From Candidatus Firestoneibacteriota bacterium (GTDB lineage: Bacteria > Oederibacteriota > D2-FULL-39-29 > JBBTED01), in contig JBBTED010000049.1 of NCBI GenBank assembly GCA_038042445.1, forward strand, positions 1 through 17,507: 17,507 bases of DNA, written 5' to 3'. This document shows positions 1 to 5,961 of this stretch, piece by piece (the first letter of the stretch is position 1; each line of letters opens with the position of its first letter). Both the position numbers and the translations under genes were made by a program. The notes beneath the pieces were generated by a model. It was given only the letters and a program-made list of their open reading frames with translations, did no database searches and was not told the origin of the DNA.

Positions 1-88
1 GTGGTGTTCCTTTTTGATAGCATAACAAAGCAGCAGCAACTGTAATTCTTTCTGGCTCCGGTGTATGTGTTAAAAGTTGGACTTCCAT
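1..88 (-). CDS. thyX: 5' end of FAD-dependent thymidylate synthase ThyX (runs off the window)
   Basis: Not in the ORF track. ATG at 88, 1 nt after the stop of the 90..515 ORF. Manual translation MEVQLLTHTPEPERITVAAALLCYQKGTP resembles the typical ThyX N-terminus (MKVxLLxHTPEPExxxAxAAxxCY). Confidence 0.75.
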   Translation of the reverse strand, partial: MEVQLLTHTPEPERITVAAALLCYQKGTP

Positions 89-89
89 A

Positions 90-515
90 TTATTTAGGAC
101 TCTCTACTTTTTGATTCATTGTTCTCAACATATTATAAACAAAAAGCAATACTGAAATACCTTCAATTATATAAGATATAATTAATAATAGCTGAAAAAA
201 ATCATTTTTCACTATTTTTGATAATGCCCACAAAACACCCATTCCAATTAATCCAATATTTGCAAGCCAAAATTGAACATCTGCCATTTTAGGAGAATAA
301 AGAGTAGTGCCATTAAATCTTGGCAATATATGATACCCAACACCATATATCATCATACTCATCCAACCAAGTAATCCAAAATGCACATGTGCAAGCAGCA
401 AAGCATCTATAACAAGTCCATTCCAATGCCATATTCCCATAATAACACCCAAAATTGCAGCAACTAAAAAATAAATAATTGATGCTTTTATAAATAATAC
501 TGTTGCTTTACTCAT
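90..515 (-). CDS. Small 4-TM membrane protein resembling one helical repeat of HCO subunit I (HxH motif)
   Basis: 141 aa with four hydrophobic segments; motifs AHVHFGLLGW and GVGYHILPRF; GGAGG RBS at about 526-530. Confidence 0.75.
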   Translation of the reverse strand: MSKATVLFIKASIIYFLVAAILGVIMGIWHWNGLVIDALLLAHVHFGLLGWMSMMIYGVGYHILPRFNGTTLYSPKMADVQFWLANIGLIGMGVLWALSKIVKNDFFQLLLIISYIIEGISVLLFVYNMLRTMNQKVESPK

Positions 516-590
516 AGTTTATGACCCTCCATTTTAGTAGAACTTGTAAAAACAGAAAATTTATTATTTGTTCATTCATATTATTAAAAT

Positions 591-2174
591 TTAATTCATA
601 GTCCTACGCAATGGAAATACTATATTTATAATAGTTTTTAAAGTTAAAGTTCTAATTAAGTTAATAAGAAGGCACAGAAATCCTATCACTATACTAATGC
701 CTCCTATCATAGCAATATTCATTTCTGTTTTAAACTCTATCCCATGATATATAGTACGTCTAAGCATTCCATTTAAACCAGCTGACCCCATAGCTATAAC
801 CATTATAAGAACTCCTGCAACCCAAAATATCAAATGAAGATTAACCAACATATGACTCTTCATTTCTCTATTTAACAAGAGCGGTATTAAAGCATAAACA
901 ATTGCAAACAATAATGGACTCAAACCCAAAAGTAACATTGTATGTCCATGTATACCAATAACCCATTGAGTATTATGCAATACAACATTCAATCCATAGT
1001 TAGCCTGTGTGATTCCTGCTACGGCCCCTAACATAAACCCAAACATAGAAACCAAAATAAATTTTAAAGCAGGTGTGAATTTTACTGGCCGTGCCAAATA
1101 TATTGTCATTAAACTTGCAAAAATTGTAAGCCCAACAGTTACAATTTCCCCAGAAGTTATAAACTGACCAGAAATAAGATGCATAGCCAAAGGTTGAGGT
1201 TGATCTGCAAGTAAATGATGACTCCATACACCTAAAGATATTAACAAATCTGCAAGAATGACTGTACGAACTACACCTTCACCAAATAGTTTTCTATTAA
1301 CTAACATAGGTATTAAAAGATACCATGTACCTGCTGCATACATTAGAACATTTCCATCAGCAATCATATCTAATCCCCACCAAAACCAGTTTTTATATAT
1401 CAAAGCATCAATAATATGCGGATTCAATGTTCCAAACCCAAGTAAAGATGGAATAGCAAAAATAAGAATTAGAATACCACAAGTAAGAATCACAAAAGCA
1501 TTAACCACAGTATCAATACTTCCTCTTGCTACGGCAACAACAAATACAGGTAATGTATCATAAAGTTTATTTTCTTCCTGTATTTCTTTTTTCTTTTTAA
1601 AAATACGGTCTAAACCAAAAGCAGATTTTAAATAGTCTCCAAAACTATAAAGTTTTGATTTTTCAGCTCCATTTACTGGCTTACGTTTAATCATAGTAGC
1701 AAATATATTGTAAGTAAAAAGTAAAATATTAACTAAAGTTATAGCTGCCCCAAGACAGAAAATAACTGCACCTAAATTAGATATCCTACTAAACCAAACA
1801 GGCAAAGGCCAGTATAAAGTATACAAAGCATTGAATTTGGTAAAAAAACCTGAACACCAAACAATAATTACACCAATAGATTGCATCCAGAAATTAAGTG
1901 GAATCAATTTCTTATTGTAAACTTGTGTCTTTAGTAAATATGGCATCAAAAAATAAAAAGCCCCCATAATTGCCATATAAGCATATCCATAAATTCCAAG
2001 TATCGGATGTACTGTCATTACTGAATAGAAATGTTCCGTTGAAAGACAATCAGGTTTGATATGTGAAATACGCATCATCATACCTTCAATTATAGTAAGA
2101 AATAGAAATCCTAATGCAGCCAATACATACCTTATTGTCCATTTTGTTTCAAAAGTTAACTCATTATTTTCCAT
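591..2174 (-). CDS. Heme-copper oxidase superfamily subunit I, divergent; gNOR-like putative nitric oxide reductase
   Basis: 527 aa, about 12 TM. H56 (helix II), HH 319/320 (VWSHH), HxH 409/411 (IHGH) and RR 472/473 are conserved. Helix VI reads FWWGLD(269)MIAD(273)G in place of GHPxVY or HLWVEG. GGAGGA RBS. Confidence 0.9.
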   Translation of the reverse strand: MENNELTFETKWTIRYVLAALGFLFLTIIEGMMMRISHIKPDCLSTEHFYSVMTVHPILGIYGYAYMAIMGAFYFLMPYLLKTQVYNKKLIPLNFWMQSIGVIIVWCSGFFTKFNALYTLYWPLPVWFSRISNLGAVIFCLGAAITLVNILLFTYNIFATMIKRKPVNGAEKSKLYSFGDYLKSAFGLDRIFKKKKEIQEENKLYDTLPVFVVAVARGSIDTVVNAFVILTCGILILIFAIPSLLGFGTLNPHIIDALIYKNWFWWGLDMIADGNVLMYAAGTWYLLIPMLVNRKLFGEGVVRTVILADLLISLGVWSHHLLADQPQPLAMHLISGQFITSGEIVTVGLTIFASLMTIYLARPVKFTPALKFILVSMFGFMLGAVAGITQANYGLNVVLHNTQWVIGIHGHTMLLLGLSPLLFAIVYALIPLLLNREMKSHMLVNLHLIFWVAGVLIMVIAMGSAGLNGMLRRTIYHGIEFKTEMNIAMIGGISIVIGFLCLLINLIRTLTLKTIINIVFPLRRTMN

Positions 2175-2202
2175 ATCAATCCTCCATTATAGATTTAGAA
2201 CC

Positions 2203-2766
2203 CTAAAGCACCTTAATTGCATCATATACAACCATATCTGAATGTTTCGGACCTGAATATTCTGTAGATCTCACATCATAATAACCAGACTGTGAAAAAT
2301 TCCATACAAATCTGTTTTTATAACCTGGTAAAACTTGTATCTGAAACACTAATGTTCCATCTTTACGAAATACTCCAAAACCATAAGTAACATCAGTAGA
2401 ATTTAGAACAAATTCAACAAACTGATTTTTTTCAAAAGTAATAGGTTCTTCAGGAAACTTAAAATTATAATCTGAAACTTCAATATTATAAGTTTTTACA
2501 ACTATTGGTTTAGACCATAGTCTCCATCTCTGCCATGGCACCATATTGGAAATAGTAATAATATGAGCAAGAATAATTATAGATATTAGTATTAAAAAGA
2601 ATCGTAACTCTCGCTTATCTATTCCTGACTTTTTTTCATCAGTTTCTATCTGAGACACATCGGATTTTCTAATTTTGCGAATAAACCATGTAAAAAAAAG
2701 ACAAACCGATATGAAATAAATTGTATAGAATATACGTATTGAATCTGTTACATACATATCAATCAC
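2203..2766 (-). CDS. HCO subunit II (two TM helices plus cupredoxin domain) lacking CuA ligands
   Basis: DVTY(128)GF replaces DVxHxF. S167-T-E-Y-S171-G-P-K-H-S-D-M replaces CxExCGxxHxxM. No CxxCH. GGAGGTG RBS. Confidence 0.88.
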   Translation of the reverse strand: MIDMYVTDSIRIFYTIYFISVCLFFTWFIRKIRKSDVSQIETDEKKSGIDKRELRFFLILISIIILAHIITISNMVPWQRWRLWSKPIVVKTYNIEVSDYNFKFPEEPITFEKNQFVEFVLNSTDVTYGFGVFRKDGTLVFQIQVLPGYKNRFVWNFSQSGYYDVRSTEYSGPKHSDMVVYDAIKVL

Positions 2767-2769
2767 CTC

Positions 2770-3651
2770 CTAAAAAATTAGTTTTCTAAATGATTCTATT
2801 CCCACTCTATTTACGAACATACCAAACCGTTCATCTTTTTGAGATTCCTGAATGTACAACTTTAGACATATTTCTAAAGATTGAACAACAGTATTTTCGT
2901 CAACTAAATCTAATAATTTAACTGCAAATTGTGGATGCCTTCCAAGTTTTCCTCCAATAAATACAGAATACCCACTTTTTTTAGTAACCAATGCCAAAAC
3001 AGGACAAACTTTTATACAAGCAAAACATCCAACACATTTAGAATAATTAACTACAGGTTGTGATTCGTCTTTTATGATTATCGCCTTTTCTTTGCATTCT
3101 TCAATACAAAGTTTACAATTTATACATTTATCATTTACTACTTCAGGAACCACCTGCGATATAACACCAAAATCTTTTATTTGTGGCTGAGAACAGGCAT
3201 TGGGGCATTCTGAAACAGCAATTCTAAATGTATGATGATAAAGAACAGGGCCATCTATTTTATCAATTAAAATATCTGTAGTTTTCATCTCTTCAAGTTT
3301 ATTCTGCAATTTAACAAGCAAACTACTGGAATCCATTAAAGACAAGGGGCATAAATGTTCATCATTACATCCTGTTACTTCATATAATTTTTCTCTGGAT
3401 TCCCACTTCCGTGGGAATGACATTTCTTTTACAGATTCACTATTCAAAGGTTTTTGCATTAGAGAAACTAATTTTTTTGTATCTATACCTACTTTTGAAA
3501 ACATAAATTTCTTCACTTCACTCACATCATTCTCTGTCACTTTTATTCTACCTCTACAAGTAACATATTCTTCTACTTTTTTCTTAGCCAAACCTCTTAC
3601 AAATATTGGTACTTTTTTAATTCTGGCTAAAGCATTAGTTTCCCATTCCAT
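2770..3651 (-). CDS. Sulfite/nitrite-reductase-like Fe-S protein (PCP_red-like N-terminus, NIR_SIR-type Cys motifs, 2[4Fe-4S] ferredoxin insert)
   Basis: N-terminal WxxxAxxRIKKVPIFVR. Cx5C (CNDEHLC) and Cx3C (CPNAC) motifs. Ferredoxin motifs CINCKLCIEEC and CVGCFACIKVCP. GGKLGRHP and ERFG motifs. Confidence 0.82.
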   Translation of the reverse strand: MEWETNALARIKKVPIFVRGLAKKKVEEYVTCRGRIKVTENDVSEVKKFMFSKVGIDTKKLVSLMQKPLNSESVKEMSFPRKWESREKLYEVTGCNDEHLCPLSLMDSSSLLVKLQNKLEEMKTTDILIDKIDGPVLYHHTFRIAVSECPNACSQPQIKDFGVISQVVPEVVNDKCINCKLCIEECKEKAIIIKDESQPVVNYSKCVGCFACIKVCPVLALVTKKSGYSVFIGGKLGRHPQFAVKLLDLVDENTVVQSLEICLKLYIQESQKDERFGMFVNRVGIESFRKLIF

Positions 3652-3654
3652 AGA

Positions 3655-3873
3655 TTACTCTTTTTTGGAAATAGCTGCATTTATTTCATTAACAAGAGTT
3701 TCTGGTTCAATATTGTGCATCATTGCGCCAAAACTTAATGACTCTACATTTATTCCGGCACAAGTAAAACATCCTCCTCCAAAATATTTTTCAATAACAC
3801 TTTTTGCCTGAGGATATTTTCTAAGCACTTCACCTATCATCGTATCTTTATCTATTTTTACAATATCAGACAT
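3655..3873 (-). CDS. DUF1858-type protein (Hcp-associated redox disulfide domain)
   Basis: 72 aa: IDKDTMIGEVLRKYP...GGCFTCAG...ESLSFGAMMHNI, with CxxC. GAGGTG RBS. Confidence 0.8.
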   Translation of the reverse strand: MSDIVKIDKDTMIGEVLRKYPQAKSVIEKYFGGGCFTCAGINVESLSFGAMMHNIEPETLVNEINAAISKKE

Positions 3874-3886
3874 AAGGCATCACCTC

Positions 3887-4360
3887 TCAAGATGCCCAGT
3901 CTTCTGAAAGAACATCACCTTTAATACCAATAACTATAGATTTAATTGGAATTTTACGTTTTGATGCAGCAAGACCTTCTTGTGTAAGAGCCACCAAGCC
4001 AGCACAACAAGGAACTTCCATAGTCATTACTGTAATTGTATTCACTTTTGCATCATCTATAAGCGATTTTATTTTTTCAACATAAATCTCCTGATTCTCA
4101 TCCAATTTTGGACAAGCAATAGCAATACCTTTTCCTTTTAAATAATCTTTATGGAAATCTCCAAGAGCATGCGCTACACAATCTGCTGATATAAGAACAT
4201 CAGCCTTTTGAAAATATGGAGCCTGTGGAGAAACTAAATGCAACTGAATAGGCCACTGCCTAAGTTGCGACGTTCTCTTTCCTGCTTCATCTTTAACTTC
4301 ACTTTCCTTTTCCCTGAAGTCTTGCATATTTGACCCAGGACAACCGCAAGATGTACCCAT
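3887..4360 (-). CDS. Hcp-associated Fe-S protein, C-terminal domain only (no N-terminal ferredoxin domain)
   Basis: Motifs GCPGS, SQLRQWPIQLHLV, ADC, IACPKLD and MEVPCC are typical of the Fe-S protein often encoded next to hcp in anaerobes. Confidence 0.78.
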   Translation of the reverse strand: MGTSCGCPGSNMQDFREKESEVKDEAGKRTSQLRQWPIQLHLVSPQAPYFQKADVLISADCVAHALGDFHKDYLKGKGIAIACPKLDENQEIYVEKIKSLIDDAKVNTITVMTMEVPCCAGLVALTQEGLAASKRKIPIKSIVIGIKGDVLSEDWAS

Positions 4361-4361
4361 T

Positions 4362-5207
4362 TTACCTTACCCCCTTTTTTGTAGTCACTCGCCTAAGCAA
4401 ACGGCTACCTTTGACAATACTTTTTGTATTGCCATTTTCTAAATATTCGACAAATTTTTTGCATTTTTCCGACACTTCTTTCCCTATTTTTTTCTCTGCT
4501 TCATTAAATTTAGAAAATACTTCTCCAACCTGTGTTACTGAAAGCCCTCTATCAATCCATGGATATAATATTTCATCTTCTTTTTTTATATGTTGAGTCA
4601 AAAGTTCTTTATATTTAGTAAGATTTTCAATGATTGCATTTTTATCTTTCTTTGTAAGTGCTTCTACTATTGCTTTAACATAACCTCTGCCTGTTTTATG
4701 ATCTTCAAGCATCGTATTAATAATATCAAGATTGCCTACTGCATATTTAAATAATATATCCTCTTCTTTGGCATGATGAAATTTATCTGCATAAGAACGT
4801 ATAAAATCTACACTATTTATAATTAATTGTTCCCCAGATTTAGTTTTGATATCCAAATTTTTTAGCATATATGGTATAAGTACTAATAACTTTTTTATTA
4901 AAATATGCTCATCCACTAATCTTTTTATTGGTGGTGAATATTTTATCTCTTTGTTCTCTATCTTTTCAGAAACTGCTTTAATTTTAGGTTGTCTAATTTT
5001 TCTGTCTGGATAAATACTTTTTTCTATTAAATACATTAACTCTGTTTTTTGCTCAATTGGAAGATTATGTATATGGACAACATCCTTTAAAAGACAAGAA
5101 CCAACACTACAAGGAACACATCCAATGTTAAATTGTTCCAATATTGTTCCAACTTTAGGAAAATTTGTAATAACTTCTTTTATTGGTCCGTTTAAATATT
5201 TTTCCAT
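4362..5207 (-). CDS. Hemerythrin (HHE) di-iron protein with N-terminal CxxC domain (RIC/YtfE-like architecture)
   Basis: Hemerythrin ligand motifs DEH, HHAKEEDILF, EDH and HIKKEDEILYP; N-terminal GCVPCSVGSC. ATG 5207 preceded by AAGGTG is preferred over the track's GTG 5216. Confidence 0.85.
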   Translation of the reverse strand: MEKYLNGPIKEVITNFPKVGTILEQFNIGCVPCSVGSCLLKDVVHIHNLPIEQKTELMYLIEKSIYPDRKIRQPKIKAVSEKIENKEIKYSPPIKRLVDEHILIKKLLVLIPYMLKNLDIKTKSGEQLIINSVDFIRSYADKFHHAKEEDILFKYAVGNLDIINTMLEDHKTGRGYVKAIVEALTKKDKNAIIENLTKYKELLTQHIKKEDEILYPWIDRGLSVTQVGEVFSKFNEAEKKIGKEVSEKCKKFVEYLENGNTKSIVKGSRLLRRVTTKKGVR

Positions 5208-5224
5208 AATGTTCACACCTTCTT

Positions 5225-5244
5225 TATAGTATAAATATACTATA
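5225..5244. promoter_or_regulatory. Perfect inverted repeat overlapping the -10 box; candidate repressor operator
   Basis: TATAGTATA-AA-TATACTATA. Confidence 0.5.
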
Positions 5245-5260
5245 TATGGAAATATTTGTC

Positions 5261-5276
5261 TGTGATTTAAGTCACA
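5261..5276. promoter_or_regulatory. CRP/FNR-family (HcpR-type) binding site TGTGA-N6-TCACA
   Basis: TGTGA-tttaag-TCACA is a perfect match. Its centre (5268.5) lies about 41.5 nt upstream of the start predicted from minus-strand TATATT at 5239-5234. Confidence 0.8.
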
Positions 5277-5385
5277 CTTCTAAAATTCTTCTAATTTTCT
5301 TTTGGTATCGACATTACAATAGGCAATTTTACAAGGATGTAGATGTGTACCGCAAATTGTAGGATAGCATCTAATTTATTACTAT

Positions 5386-5598
5386 TTATGCAAAGACTAA
5401 ACGATGCCCTTTTGAATCAGGAATTTGCCGTCCTAATTCTTTAGCAGTTTCTAACCATTCCTGAATTATTACTTCTGCATTAGATAAAGCTTCTTGATAT
5501 GTTGTACCATCTGCCATACAACCCATAAGCTCTGGAACTTCAGCAATAAATGCATTATCTTCTTCACTCCAATAGATAATTATTTCGTATTTATTCAT
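5386..5598 (-). CDS. hicB: Short HicB-family antitoxin
   Basis: MNKYEIIIYWSEEDNAFIAEVPELMGCMADGTTYQEAL...GRQIP. ATG 5598 has a GGAGG RBS and is preferred over TTG 5610. Confidence 0.88.
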   Translation of the reverse strand: MNKYEIIIYWSEEDNAFIAEVPELMGCMADGTTYQEALSNAEVIIQEWLETAKELGRQIPDSKGHRLVFA

Positions 5599-5599
5599 A

Positions 5600-5844
5600 T
5601 TATCCTCCAAGTTTATACTTCAAAATTACATTACGTACCTGTTTGACTTGGTATGGTTTAGCTTTTGAATTTTTAGACTGTAAGTTCAAAATTTCCTCAA
5701 TATCATCTTTGCTAAAAATACAGTGACTTCTTTTTATTCGTTCATCAAAACCTAAATTTTCAATAACTGACACATTTCTGCAAATGAAATATTAGCATCA
5801 GAATAACCACTTAGAACTTTAATTAATATTTTTCGCCATGACAT
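5600..5844 (-). pseudogene. hicA: HicA-family toxin with 1-nt frameshift
   Basis: From ATG 5844: MSWRKILIKVLSGYSDANISFAEMCQLLKI*, with TAG at 5754-5752. Adding one A at 5757-5760 restores ...LKNLGFDERIKRSHCIFSKDDIEEILNLQSKNSKAKPYQVKQVRNVILKYKLGG* (81 aa), ending 1 nt before the hicB ATG. Confidence 0.85.
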
Positions 5845-5961
5845 TTTATGGTAACTATTTTGTATCAGACTTTTTTATTATTGTCAAGTATGTGTTTTTA
5901 ATTGACTGGTTTATAACAAAAAACACTTGGAAAAATATGGATTTTATAATATAACTGAATT

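Noticed and set aside
591..2766. Annotation as a standard aa3/ba3/cbb3 cytochrome c oxidase
   Set aside because: The helix-VI His and Tyr are replaced by Asp, the CuA cysteines are absent, and there are no heme c motifs.
2770..3651. dsrA/dsrB or asrC call implying sulfite respiration
   Set aside because: The protein is short, has no partner subunits nearby and carries a different N-terminal domain; only the Cys motifs are shared.
4385..4387. Selenocysteine readthrough of the TGA in CLGE*
   Set aside because: An in-frame TAA follows six codons later, and no SECIS-like hairpin is evident.
1000..4596. Short ORFs 1000..1227, 1258..1563, 2056..2241 and 4330..4596
   Set aside because: Alternate-frame or antisense shadows of well-supported genes, with no motifs.
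5225..5244. Shared regulator for the similar ATAGTAT...ATACTAT palindromes at 5225-5244 and 10604-10618
   Set aside because: The spacers differ (4 versus 1 nt between the ATAGTAT arms). Both are AT-rich and overlap -10 boxes, so coincidence is plausible.
5340..5372. TAGATG...CATCTA inverted repeat downstream of hicB as a terminator
   Set aside because: Only 6 bp with a long loop; too weak to support.
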